A DNA stretch of 64,000 bases from an uncultured Armatimonadetes bacterium (GCA_963717145.1 OY970325.1:4192001-4256000); one strand, 5' to 3'; counted from the first letter of the stretch, positions 1 to 10,329 are shown. Notes: a model not told the origin generated them from the letters alone. Translations and numbers: made by a program.

Positions 1-20
1 TGCACGCGTCGATGTCAAAG

Positions 21-2075
21 TCAGCCGTCCGCTTCATCGGATTCGCCGGGGTGAGGGCGCTTGGCCACCCAGTAGTAGAGTGCCGATCCCAGGCTGGACA
101 GAACGAGGCCATGGATAAAGAGCATGTCCTTCAATCCTGCCAGCGAAGCCACAAGCTGGACCAATCCCAGCACGGCGGCCATGATCAGCAGGGCGATCGG
201 CGTCCGCACGAGCACCTGGCGCATGGGTGGCTTCTTCCGCACATGGAGCGTCCCTCCCCCGCCGGTTATGAGATCCTTGATATAGCGCTCGAAGTCGTTC
301 CGACTGCGCGGGAGCCCCCTTTCCGGCTTCCCGAAGACCCTGACGACAACCCACTGGCGGACCGATTCCACCTCATACCATATCACGACCATCCGCGCTC
401 CTTCGCCGGATGAGTAGTCGTTGTTCCAGCGCCTGACCTCCAGTTTTCCGTCAAGGGGAATGGCGACCTCTCTCGATTCCGCGAGCAGGACGAGCTTGCC
501 GTCCCGGATCCCGAGCAGCGCTCCCTGCCAGACATCATCATCACCGGTGAGTCTTGCATCCACCAGCACCATCGAGCCGATCGTTTCTTTCCCATACTTT
601 TCGGCGAGTTTGGCCGTTACCCTCGACTGCACACGGGCGGTTTTGCGCCTGTTATAGGCCTCGATAGGTGCCACAATGACCAGCGCGGTGGCCAGGACTC
701 CGGCGGCGATTATGGCAGCCATCCTCCATCCGGACTGCTCGTACAGGACCGCAAGGAAGAACGATCCGAACATGAAGCTGCATGCCAGGACTATCGCTAC
801 AATCCATATGGCTATCTCGACCGGGCGGCTGCCTCGCTTCTCGACCTCCGACCGGGGTTCCTCATGGAAGGCGATCGCGTACCGGTCGCTCGGGCCGAAC
901 TGCACCTCCATCTCGGCACGGCGCTTGGCCTCGCCTACCTGATCGACGCTGAGCCCCGATCTGCGGGCGATGGTCTCGATGTCCTCTGCGGCCGTCGGAT
1001 GGGTGCCCAGGATCCTCGACCACCAGGGGCGGTCGATCGGTAGTTCGTTGAGCATATAGAGCTTGTAGAAGCCGGAGATCGCCGCCCCGGGATTCTCCAG
1101 GACCGCGACGTTGGCGTCGGCCTTCCGCTCAGAGTACCTGGAGTACCAGCGGATGACCAGGCCGGGCAGAATGAACATTGCCATCCAATTCAGGTACTGG
1201 AGGGATCGAAGGTCGGGCGAAGACCTGATGGTCCGCTCGATATAACTGACCGCCCCGTACCAGGCCAGGGCGACGATGATGCAGGCCGGATAGCTGTACT
1301 GCCAGAGAACGACGTCTCCAAGGTGACCCACCTCGTGGGCGATGACGGCATCGACCTCATCCTTGTCGAGTTTCGTTATTAGCTCCTCGCCGAGCCCAAT
1401 GCAACTTCCGGAATGTGCGATCGCACCAACGTAGCCCTCGGGGTAATGCTCGAGGATGCGCACATCGTCCACTTGGACCTTGGACTTCGATGCGATCTCG
1501 ATAACGCGCTTGTAGAGGTCACCGGGTGCAAGGGGCTTCCACCGGCCGATCCCCGCTGCCAGCCGCCCGAGTGCCCATTCGCCGATCCTGCCTGCAACAA
1601 CGATGCTGACGAACAGGCTCAGTGTCGGCATGCCGCCGGTCGCTATCACGTAGAGCTGCGCCAGGAATCCCGTGTATATGAACCCCTGTAGAAACAGCAG
1701 GAACGTGAGCGAGAGCAGGCGGCCATTCCCGGCGATGAACAGCCTGGCCGCTGTCAGTCGGTCGATGCTCGCCTCCCGCCGGCGTCGGGAAAGCCTGGAG
1801 GGGAGGTAGCTTGCGAAGATGTAGGTCAGCAGGGGTCCCGCGCTGAAGGCCGCTGCTTCATAGCGAGTGAGTTTCAGACGTGCGAGCGAAATGATTGCGA
1901 TCACTACCAGTCCGGGCGTGATCCAGTCGAGCACGGTGTTGATGTCTCGGAAATCGGCCCAGGAGTCGCCCGTGTCACGTCTGAGCGCCCGAGTGCCGAG
2001 GGCGAGAATCATGATTGTGGGTCCGAAGCCCAGCAGAGCCCACATCAGCCACGATGGTGAACCGAATGCACCCAT
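21..2075 (-). CDS. M48 family (HtpX/Ste24-like) membrane zinc metalloprotease with long C-terminal extension
   Basis: HEXXH motif AHEVGHL, downstream ERKADA and THP motifs, several TM segments. Start placed at ATG 2075 because the longer ORF begins inside an octamer repeat. Confidence 0.8.
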   Translation of the reverse strand: MGAFGSPSWLMWALLGFGPTIMILALGTRALRRDTGDSWADFRDINTVLDWITPGLVVIAIISLARLKLTRYEAAAFSAGPLLTYIFASYLPSRLSRRRREASIDRLTAARLFIAGNGRLLSLTFLLFLQGFIYTGFLAQLYVIATGGMPTLSLFVSIVVAGRIGEWALGRLAAGIGRWKPLAPGDLYKRVIEIASKSKVQVDDVRILEHYPEGYVGAIAHSGSCIGLGEELITKLDKDEVDAVIAHEVGHLGDVVLWQYSYPACIIVALAWYGAVSYIERTIRSSPDLRSLQYLNWMAMFILPGLVIRWYSRYSERKADANVAVLENPGAAISGFYKLYMLNELPIDRPWWSRILGTHPTAAEDIETIARRSGLSVDQVGEAKRRAEMEVQFGPSDRYAIAFHEEPRSEVEKRGSRPVEIAIWIVAIVLACSFMFGSFFLAVLYEQSGWRMAAIIAAGVLATALVIVAPIEAYNRRKTARVQSRVTAKLAEKYGKETIGSMVLVDARLTGDDDVWQGALLGIRDGKLVLLAESREVAIPLDGKLEVRRWNNDYSSGEGARMVVIWYEVESVRQWVVVRVFGKPERGLPRSRNDFERYIKDLITGGGGTLHVRKKPPMRQVLVRTPIALLIMAAVLGLVQLVASLAGLKDMLFIHGLVLSSLGSALYYWVAKRPHPGESDEADG

Positions 2076-2130
2076 GGGCACAGTATAGTTCAACAGGCGG
2101 CACTGCGCAAGGCGTAGTGTGCGAGTGCAT

Positions 2131-2168
2131 CTACTCCCATACTCCCACACCCCCATACTCCCACACTC
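2131..2168. repeat. Octamer tandem repeat (CCATACTC/CCACACYC)
   Basis: ctcccatactcccacacccccatactcccacactc; same unit as 23839-23918. Confidence 0.85.
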
Positions 2169-2223
2169 AACCTTGCGCCCCGATGCCGCAAAGCGTTAGA
2201 ATCATTCCCGGAGGCACAGACCT

Positions 2224-3252
2224 ATGATCATCGCAATGAGAGCCGACGCCCGACCTGAAGACATCGACCGCGTACTGCAACGGATCACCGACCATGGCAT
2301 GACCGCGCTCAACCTGCCCGGCGGCGACCGGACCGTCATCGGGGTCGCAAGCTCGATCCCGGCGGACGTGCGCGAGCCGCTCACCGAGACGCTCCAGGCG
2401 CTCCCCGGTGTCGATCACATCACTCAGGTCAGCCGCATCTACAAGCTCGCATCCAGGGAGTTCCATGCGGCGGATACAGTCGTGAACGTGAAGGGAGTCG
2501 AGATCGGCGGCAATCGCGTGGTGGTCCTGGCCGGCCCGTGCGCCATCGAGAGCCGGGAACAGCTCCTATCCGCGGCCGAGGCGGTCAAGGGCGCGGGTGG
2601 TCGCGTCCTGCGGGGTGGGGCATACAAGCCTCGGACGTCGCCCTATGCGTTCCAGGGACTCGGCGAGGAGGGCCTGAAGCTCCTCAGAGAGATCGGCGAG
2701 GCGACCGGCATGCCCACGATCACCGAGGTGCTCGACCAGCACGATGTCGATGTGGTCGCCGAGCACGCGGACATCCTCCAGATCGGCGCGCGGAACATGC
2801 AGAATTTCCCGCTCCTGGTGGCGGTCGGGCGGACGAAGCATCCCGTGGTCCTCAAGCGGGGATCGAGCGCGACGATCGATGAGCTGATGCACTCCGCTGA
2901 GTACATCCTCAACCAGGGCAACCAGAATGTCATCCTCTGCGAGCGGGGCGTCCATCCGCTCGATCGGACCTACATGCGCAACACGCTCGACCTCTCCGCC
3001 GTGCCGCTGATCCAGGAGATCTCGCATCTCCCGGTGATCGTCGATCCGAGCCACTCGACCGGCGACTGGCGGTTCGTGGCCTCGATGAGCCGGGCGGCGC
3101 TCGCGGCCGGGGCGGACGGTCTGCTGATCGAGGTGCACCCCGATCCGAAGGCAGCGCTCTGCGACGGCCAACAGTCGCTCAAACCCGAGCGCTTCGCGGC
3201 GCTGATGGAGAGCCTCGGGGCGATCGCACAGGCAGTCGGGCGAAAGCTCTAG
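2224..3252 (+). CDS. aroF: 3-deoxy-7-phosphoheptulonate (DAHP) synthase, class I-beta with N-terminal regulatory domain
   Basis: AGPCAIES, GGAYKPRTSPYAFQG, IGARNMQN, VDPSH motifs. Confidence 0.95.
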   Translation: MIIAMRADARPEDIDRVLQRITDHGMTALNLPGGDRTVIGVASSIPADVREPLTETLQALPGVDHITQVSRIYKLASREFHAADTVVNVKGVEIGGNRVVVLAGPCAIESREQLLSAAEAVKGAGGRVLRGGAYKPRTSPYAFQGLGEEGLKLLREIGEATGMPTITEVLDQHDVDVVAEHADILQIGARNMQNFPLLVAVGRTKHPVVLKRGSSATIDELMHSAEYILNQGNQNVILCERGVHPLDRTYMRNTLDLSAVPLIQEISHLPVIVDPSHSTGDWRFVASMSRAALAAGADGLLIEVHPDPKAALCDGQQSLKPERFAALMESLGAIAQAVGRKL

Positions 3253-3260
3253 AACGCGGA

Positions 3261-3448
3261 AACACAGAAGCAGACGGAAACACGGAGATCTCTATCAGGA
3301 AACCAGGAATCTAGGAAGCCAGGAAGGGAATGGGAAAGTGGTAGACCGGATGATCCCGAATCCCCCATTCTCCCATTCTCCCGTTCGTGGCTTCCTGCCT
3401 TCCTCATAGAGAACTCCGTGTTTCCGTGTTCCTCTGTGCTTCTGTGTT
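3261..3448. repeat. Long nested imperfect palindrome built from 9-mer and 8-mer tandem units
   Basis: aacacagaagc..acggaaacacggag..tctctat..aggaagcca..gggaatggg mirrored by cccattctccc..tggcttcct..atagaga..ctccgtgtttccgt..gcttctgtgtt. Confidence 0.8.
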
Positions 3449-3454
3449 CGCAGT

Positions 3455-3522
3455 CTGAAAGGGAACGGGCCGCCCCGATTGCTCGGAACGGCCCGCGACG
3501 GAGGTAAGTAAGGGACACGCCT
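3455..3522 (-). ncRNA. Candidate small RNA with anti-SD-like tract and terminator-like hairpin
   Basis: Minus strand: CATAAT, then CCCUUACUUACCUCC, then a 12-bp stem with GCAA loop whose two G-U pairs form only on this strand, then UUCCCUUU. Confidence 0.4.
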
Positions 3523-3707
3523 ACTAACATTATGGCTGACCTGTAAGACTTACTTAACCGCACAATTACCAGGTTTTCCCAGTTTTTCGGCTTTCCGTCT
3601 CCCCAACACCTATCATCCGCTCTGTAGAGGACTTTCCCCCGGGACGGAGAAAGCGTTATCAGGAGCACACCGACAGTCTGTGTGCGCGGAATCACGTGGA
3701 GGCAACC

Positions 3708-5126
3708 ATGACAGGTCTAAGTCGCAGGGAATTCCTCGGTATGGCGGCGGCAACTACCGCATCGTTCGCCATCAGCAGCAGGTTCAGTCCGGTGTTGGGC
3801 GCAAACGACACGATCCGCGTGGCGGTCGTCGGCATCAACGGCAGGGGCGACTCTCACATCGGCAGCCTCTTGGGGCTCGAGGGCGTGGAGATCGCCTATC
3901 TGGTCGATCCCGATACCCGGCTGTTCGAGCGCAGGAGCAAGAAGATCACGGATGCGGGCAAGCGGGCGCCGACGTGCGTGCAGGACCTCCGCACGGCGCT
4001 CGATGACAAGGACCTGGATGCGGTCTCGATCGCCTCCTGCAACCATCAGCACTGCATCCAGACCATCTGGGCCTGTCAGGCGGGCAAGGATGTCTACGTC
4101 GAGAAACCCCTGAGCCAGACCGTGCACGAAGGGCGGATCGCAGTCGAGATGGCCCGAAAGTACGGCCGGGTCGTCCAGTACGGCACGGACAAGGGTACAA
4201 AGGGCGATTTGATCGCCGCACTTGCGCGAAAGGGCACTTACGGGAAGTTGCTGGTGTCGCGCGGACTCTGCTACAAGCGCCGCACCAGCATCGGCTTCAA
4301 GCAGGTCAAGAGTCCACCGAGCGAGTTGGATTTTGATCTCTGGTGCGGCCCGGCGGCGAAGAAGGACTATCACGAGAACCTGGTCCATTACAACTGGCAT
4401 TGGTCCTGGGAATACGGAAACGGCGATATCGGCAATCAGGGCGCACACGAGATGCACGCCGCACTACATGCCATCCCCGACGCCACTCTACCGCGCAGCG
4501 TCGTGAGCATCGGCGGACGATTCGGCTACATTGATCAGGGCCAGACAGCCAATACGCAGGTGGCGATGTTCGACTATGGTGATACGCAACTGATCTTCGA
4601 GGTCCGCGGACTGGAAACCGATGACTACTACGGGCAGAAGATCGGTAACATCTTCCACTTCGAGGACGGAGTGGTCGCGGGCGACAAGTTCTACCCCAAC
4701 GGCGGCAAGGAGCCCGAGCCGGTCGTCAAGGTCGAGCCGGACAAGACCAGCAGGAGCGCGAGTTTCCCGGAGTTCATCAAGGTGATGCGCAGCCGCGACA
4801 AAGAGCTGTTCGACTGGAATATCGAGACGGCGCACTACTCATCCGCCCTCTGCCACCTGGCGAACATCTCCCAGCGTCTCGGCACGAGGGTCACATTCGC
4901 GGGGATATCGGATCCCTTCCAGGCGAACGAGTTCGGAAACGAGACTTTCGGGCGCATGGCCGAGCACCTGAAGGCCAACGGCATCGAGGTCGAGCGCGCG
5001 TCATACCGCCTCGGCCGGGAACTGGCATTCGATCCTGCGACCGAGAGGTTCATCGGCGACGAGCAGGCGAACTACATGCTGAAGCGTACGCCCAGGCCGC
5101 CCTTCGTGATCCCGGACAAGGTCTGA
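3708..5126 (+). CDS. Tat-exported Gfo/Idh/MocA family oxidoreductase
   Basis: SRREFL Tat motif, VGINGRG, GKDVYVEKP, GDIGNQGAH. Confidence 0.9.
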   Translation: MTGLSRREFLGMAAATTASFAISSRFSPVLGANDTIRVAVVGINGRGDSHIGSLLGLEGVEIAYLVDPDTRLFERRSKKITDAGKRAPTCVQDLRTALDDKDLDAVSIASCNHQHCIQTIWACQAGKDVYVEKPLSQTVHEGRIAVEMARKYGRVVQYGTDKGTKGDLIAALARKGTYGKLLVSRGLCYKRRTSIGFKQVKSPPSELDFDLWCGPAAKKDYHENLVHYNWHWSWEYGNGDIGNQGAHEMHAALHAIPDATLPRSVVSIGGRFGYIDQGQTANTQVAMFDYGDTQLIFEVRGLETDDYYGQKIGNIFHFEDGVVAGDKFYPNGGKEPEPVVKVEPDKTSRSASFPEFIKVMRSRDKELFDWNIETAHYSSALCHLANISQRLGTRVTFAGISDPFQANEFGNETFGRMAEHLKANGIEVERASYRLGRELAFDPATERFIGDEQANYMLKRTPRPPFVIPDKV

Positions 5127-5182
5127 AGGGACAGGTTAAAGGTGCTGGGTGTCGGCGGGAACCGCCAGGCCTGAGTGTGCCG

Positions 5183-6280
5183 TTACACTTTGAACCTGAC
5201 GACCATGATGTCGCCGTCCTTTATGACGTAATCCTTGGTCTCCAGCTTCATCAGGCTCGCCGCCTTCGCTGCTTCCCAGGAACCGGCCTTCGCGAAGTCG
5301 TCGTAGGAGACGATCTCCGCGCGGATGAACCCTCGCTCGAGGTCCGAATGGATCTTCCCGGCGGCTTCGACAGCCTTGTCGCCTTTGTTGATCGTCCACG
5401 CCTTGACCTCGTCCTCGCCGGCGGTGAAGAATGAGAGCAGCCCTAACGCGCGGTATGCGCTCTGCACGACCTTATTCCGCGCCGGTTCGGTGATGCCGAG
5501 CGCCTCCAGGTACTCCTTCTCTTCGTCCTCGGGGAGCTGGGCGACCTCCGCCTCGATGTTGGCGGCGAGTTCGATCAGCTCCATGCCCTCGCTCTCGCAG
5601 TAGGCGCGCAGGCCTTCGACGAGCGGGTTGGTCTTGCCGATATCATCCTCGCCCACATTCGCCACGATGATCATCGGTTTCAGCGTCAGGAAGTCGAAGC
5701 TCCGGATCGTCTTGGCCTCATCGTTCGACAGATCAAGCTCCTTGAGCGGTTTCTCGTCTTCGAGCTGCTTCCCGATCTTTTGCATTAGCTCCAGCTCCAT
5801 CGTCTGCGGGCTGCCTGGGACGATCTTCCTGTTATGCATGCTCTTCTCGATGCGCTCGAGCCGCGTCTCGACCAGCGTGAGGTCGGCGAGCATCAACTCA
5901 TCGTTTACCTTGCGGACATCACGGAGCGGATCGAGCCCGTTCTCGGGGGCGGGGTGAGCCGGGCTCTCGAACGCGCGGACGACGTGGATCAGCGCCTCGA
6001 CCGCTCGGATCCCGGTGAAGAAGTCCGTCCCGAAACCGCGTTGGGTCTCGACCCCGATCGGGGCCGCGCCGTCGATGACTTCTATGTGCGCCGGGCTGAT
6101 CTTCTTCGGCTTGCAGACCTCGACGATGTGGTCGAACCGCGCATCCGGCACGGCGATCGTCCCGATGTTGGCCTCCGCTCGCTTTGCTCCGAATTCCGCG
6201 ACGGGCGCCTCGCCGTGGGTCAATGCGTTGAACAAGGTTGTCTTGCCGATAGCCGGCAAACCGATGATTCCGACCTTCAT
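5183..6280 (-). CDS. ychF: Redox-regulated ATPase YchF
   Basis: VGIIGLPAIGKTT, HVVRAF, AGKIHSDLERGFIRAE, C-terminal TGS domain. Confidence 0.95.
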   Translation of the reverse strand: MKVGIIGLPAIGKTTLFNALTHGEAPVAEFGAKRAEANIGTIAVPDARFDHIVEVCKPKKISPAHIEVIDGAAPIGVETQRGFGTDFFTGIRAVEALIHVVRAFESPAHPAPENGLDPLRDVRKVNDELMLADLTLVETRLERIEKSMHNRKIVPGSPQTMELELMQKIGKQLEDEKPLKELDLSNDEAKTIRSFDFLTLKPMIIVANVGEDDIGKTNPLVEGLRAYCESEGMELIELAANIEAEVAQLPEDEEKEYLEALGITEPARNKVVQSAYRALGLLSFFTAGEDEVKAWTINKGDKAVEAAGKIHSDLERGFIRAEIVSYDDFAKAGSWEAAKAASLMKLETKDYVIKDGDIMVVRFKV

Positions 6281-6310
6281 GTCGGCCTCCTGAGCATTCC
6301 TACTGAGCGC

Positions 6311-6377
6311 CGTAGTGGCCGTGCCTCTGTGCCGGCCTCCGATGTGGCCTGGCCGGCACGGAGGCACGGCCACTACG
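6311..6377. repeat. GTAG-type REP-like inverted pair
   Basis: cgtagtggccgtgcctctgtgccggcc ... ggccggcacggaggcacggccactacg. Confidence 0.85.
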
Positions 6378-6390
6378 GCGATGATGCCAT

Positions 6391-6424
6391 GAAAATGCGG
6401 GCAGCGTCTCGGTTCGCTGCCCGC
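6391..6424 (-). terminator. Probable intrinsic terminator downstream of the sigma/ATPase pair
   Basis: gcgggcagcg-N8-cgctgcccgc followed by ATTTTC on the minus strand. Confidence 0.55.
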
Positions 6425-6479
6425 GTACTTGCTGGTGATCAGTGCTGATTATACCAGATTCCGGCGGATCCTGCAGTTT

Positions 6480-7805
6480 CTACCGCCACTCCAATATCCG
6501 ATGCGCCTCCTCGGCAGTCGTGATGCCCTCCAACACCCTCTGTCGGGCGTCGTCCACCATCGTCTTGAAGCCGTCCGCAACCGCCTGTGCCAACAGGACG
6601 TCCGGATCGACCTGGCCGCTCGCGATCATCCTGCTCAGGTCACGGTCAATGATCAGCACCTCGTGTAGCTGACTTCGCCCGCGGAAGCCGGACCCCTTGC
6701 ACGTCTCGCATCCCTTGCCGCGCTGGAACTTGGCATTCCCCTCGAGTCCGTGCAGACCCAGGAAGCGGAGGGCCTCCTCTGATGGCGTGTACTCCTCCCG
6801 GCAGTCTGGGCACACCATCCGGGCGAGCCGCGCGGCGACTACGCCGATCAGGTTCTGCCCGATGATCCATGGATCCACCCCGAACGCCGCCATGTGCTGC
6901 GGTATTGAGGTGGCATTGCCCACAGAGGTCTGAGTGAGCACCAGATGTCCCGTGTGTGCTGCCTCCGATGCGAGCACCATCGATTCGTAGTCACGCACCT
7001 CGCCGATCATGAGCACATCGGGGTCCTGGCGCAGGTAGGCGCGTACCGCCGACGCGAAGGTGAGGCCGGCTCGGGGGTTCACCTGCGTCTGCTGTATGCC
7101 TCTGAGTTGGTACTCGACAGGATCCTCCACAGACACGATGCTGATGTCGGACCTGGGTAGCTCCAGTATCATGGAGTACATCAGCGTCGTCTTGCCGGAA
7201 CCGGCCGGGCCCGTGCAGACTATGATCCCATTCGGCCGCCGTACAAGTTCCCTCACGGTCTCCAGTTGTTCGTCGGAAAAGCACATCTTGTCCAGGCCGA
7301 GGAGCGGTGTCCCTCTGTCGAAGATGCGCAGTACCATCTTCAAGCCGTATATCGACGGTACGATCGATACGCGCAGATCATACTCCTTGCCGTCTCTCCT
7401 CACGGGAAGCCGCCCATCCTGGGCGATTCGGTTCTCAGTGAGCGATACCTCGGCCATCATCCTGACGCGCGCCGTCACAGCGTCCTGCTCCTTTTTCGAG
7501 AGCGTTCTGTCGGGCCGCAGAACGCCGTCGATCCTATACCTGATGTCCATTCCGTCAGCCGTAGGGTCGAAGTGGATATCTGAGGCGCCGCTCTCGATGC
7601 CTTTCATAATGATCTCGTTGGCCATCTTGATGACCCACACTTCGTCCGCGGCCTGCGTGTCGGCCAGTACGCGCCTGGCCGTCTCGAGTTCGCGCTGGCA
7701 GCCGTGGCACCGCGCCAGGTGCTCGTCGACCTCCTTGCCAAACTCCGCGCTCAACTCGCCCTTCAGATAGGCGATCAACTCATCACGAATCTCTTCGCAT
7801 TTCAT
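6480..7805 (-). CDS. zf-HC2 (ZAS) anti-sigma domain fused to GspE/PilB-family ATPase
   Basis: N-terminal C-EEIRDELIAYL..GEL..HLARCHGC; then ASDIHFDP, Walker A GPAGSGKT, Asp box EDPVE, Walker B DPDVLMIGEVRD, CPDC..CETC Zn motif. Confidence 0.85.
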   Translation of the reverse strand: MKCEEIRDELIAYLKGELSAEFGKEVDEHLARCHGCQRELETARRVLADTQAADEVWVIKMANEIIMKGIESGASDIHFDPTADGMDIRYRIDGVLRPDRTLSKKEQDAVTARVRMMAEVSLTENRIAQDGRLPVRRDGKEYDLRVSIVPSIYGLKMVLRIFDRGTPLLGLDKMCFSDEQLETVRELVRRPNGIIVCTGPAGSGKTTLMYSMILELPRSDISIVSVEDPVEYQLRGIQQTQVNPRAGLTFASAVRAYLRQDPDVLMIGEVRDYESMVLASEAAHTGHLVLTQTSVGNATSIPQHMAAFGVDPWIIGQNLIGVVAARLARMVCPDCREEYTPSEEALRFLGLHGLEGNAKFQRGKGCETCKGSGFRGRSQLHEVLIIDRDLSRMIASGQVDPDVLLAQAVADGFKTMVDDARQRVLEGITTAEEAHRILEWR

Positions 7806-7859
7806 CTGATATCCTCCATTGTAGGAAAAGCATGGTTAATGGGCAGACGGCGTGAACCA

Positions 7860-8426
7860 TCAACCATCAGCCATCAACCATTTCCTCAGTATTCTTACTG
7901 CCGCCGACATCCTGGATTTCACGGTTCCAATCGGTATCTCCAGAATCTCGGCGATCTCTGCATACTTCATCTCCTGGAACTGGCTCAACACAAAGACCAG
8001 CCGATAGTGATCCGGCAACTCCGCGATCGCCTGCCTGATCCTTCGATCCTCATACCGCCGAATGAGAAGCTTCTCGAGGCCGGATTCGTCCTCGATAGGC
8101 TGCCATGTCTCCTCAAGGAACATCGCTTCCGGACGGCATTTGCGCCTCCTTAGCGCCGACAGCCAGTGGTTGCGAGCGATCTTGAAGATGTACGACCGGA
8201 ACGCTCCCGTCGGCTCGTATCTGACTCTCGCGAGCCAGAGGCAGACGAACACCTCCTGCGCGTAGTCCTGGGCCGCATCCGCGTTCCAGCACAGGGAGTA
8301 GAAGAAGCCCGAGAGCTGCCGCCGGTACCTGCGGATCAGCTCATCGAACGCTTCCTCGTCGCCCATTTTCACTTGGAGCATCAATTGTGTTTCCGGATCG
8401 CAGCACAGTTGCGCGCATTCCATCAT
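7860..8426 (-). CDS. ECF sigma-70 family factor
   Basis: Region 2 (DYAQEVF, FKIARN) and region 4 (YAEIAEILEIPIGTVKSRM). Confidence 0.92.
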   Translation of the reverse strand: MMECAQLCCDPETQLMLQVKMGDEEAFDELIRRYRRQLSGFFYSLCWNADAAQDYAQEVFVCLWLARVRYEPTGAFRSYIFKIARNHWLSALRRRKCRPEAMFLEETWQPIEDESGLEKLLIRRYEDRRIRQAIAELPDHYRLVFVLSQFQEMKYAEIAEILEIPIGTVKSRMSAAVRILRKWLMADG

Positions 8427-8490
8427 CGCCGCCTCACTTATACAGAATGCTTTTCGCGCCAAAAGGTTCGCGCAACGCATGAAGGTTTCC

Positions 8491-8519
8491 TTGACAAGCA
8501 ATGTGGGCCACACTACAAT
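8491..8519 (+). promoter_or_regulatory. Sigma-70 promoter of trxA
   Basis: TTGACA-N17-TACAAT. Confidence 0.7.
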
Positions 8520-8557
8520 GGGCGTCGAACGACATAATGGGATCGAGGAGGAACGAA

Positions 8558-8881
8558 ATGAGCAATGCACTGGCGGTTACCGCCGAGGATTTCGATAAGG
8601 AAGTACTTCAGTCCGAAATACCCGTGCTCGCCGATTTCTGGGCGGACTGGTGTGGGCCGTGCAAGGCCCTGGGCCCGACGATCGATGCGATCGCAGATGA
8701 GACCGCCGGAAAACTCAAGGTAGTGAAGGTCGATACGGACAAGGCGCCTTCCGTCGCCGCGAAGTATGGCATCATGAGCATCCCGACGCTGATCCTGTTC
8801 AAGAAGGGCGATGTCATCGAGCAGATGGTCGGCATGATGCCCAAGCAGTCGATCATGGCGAAGGTAACGCCTCACCTGTAG
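8558..8881 (+). CDS. trxA: Thioredoxin
   Basis: WCGPC active site, MSIPT; RBS GAGGAGG. Confidence 0.97.
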   Translation: MSNALAVTAEDFDKEVLQSEIPVLADFWADWCGPCKALGPTIDAIADETAGKLKVVKVDTDKAPSVAAKYGIMSIPTLILFKKGDVIEQMVGMMPKQSIMAKVTPHL

Positions 8882-8890
8882 AAACCTATG

Positions 8891-8975
8891 TCCTACTCGT
8901 ACTCCTAATCGTAATCGTACTCGTGAGCGCTTCGTCCCGATCCGAGTACGATTACGATTAGGAGTACGAGTAGGA
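8891..8975. repeat. 33-bp inverted repeat made of hexamer units (CGAGTA/CGATTA)
   Basis: tcctactcgtactcctaatcgtaatcgtactcg / cgagtacgattacgattaggagtacgagtagga. Confidence 0.9.
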
Positions 8976-9042
8976 ACGCCAAGAAAACGGCTGTGAATTC
9001 TACCACGAACCGGTATCTCAACAATTCTGCGCAAGAACTTGG

Positions 9043-9072
9043 TTGACAGCACGGATTGTACCCGGCTATAAT
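9043..9072 (+). promoter_or_regulatory. Sigma-70 promoter of ugpC/msmX
   Basis: TTGACA-N18-TATAAT. Confidence 0.7.
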
Positions 9073-9076
9073 CGTG

Positions 9077-9160
9077 AAGGTGGGCGCAATCTCGGCTCTT
9101 GTCTCCGAAAGCGTCATCTCGCATCCGGAACACGCCGGCCCAACGCAATGCGCCTGCCTT
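9077..9160 (+). ncRNA. Candidate structured 5' leader RNA (multi-stem junction)
   Basis: 12-bp closing stem aaggtgggcgca/tgcgcctgcctt with G-U pairs on the sense strand, enclosing three short hairpins. Confidence 0.45.
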
Positions 9161-9219
9161 AGCGTTCAGGGCACGAAACGGCGGACGAGTCGGCATCTGC
9201 ATGAGGAGGAACCAGAAAT

Positions 9220-10329
<1,110 letters not shown>

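Noticed and set aside
6480-7805. Ordinary T4P/T2SS locus
   Set aside because: No platform, secretin or pilin genes nearby, and the N-terminal domain is anti-sigma-like
9077-9160. Cloverleaf as tRNA
   Set aside because: No TTCRA T-loop, D-loop GG or CCA end, and the stem lengths do not fit
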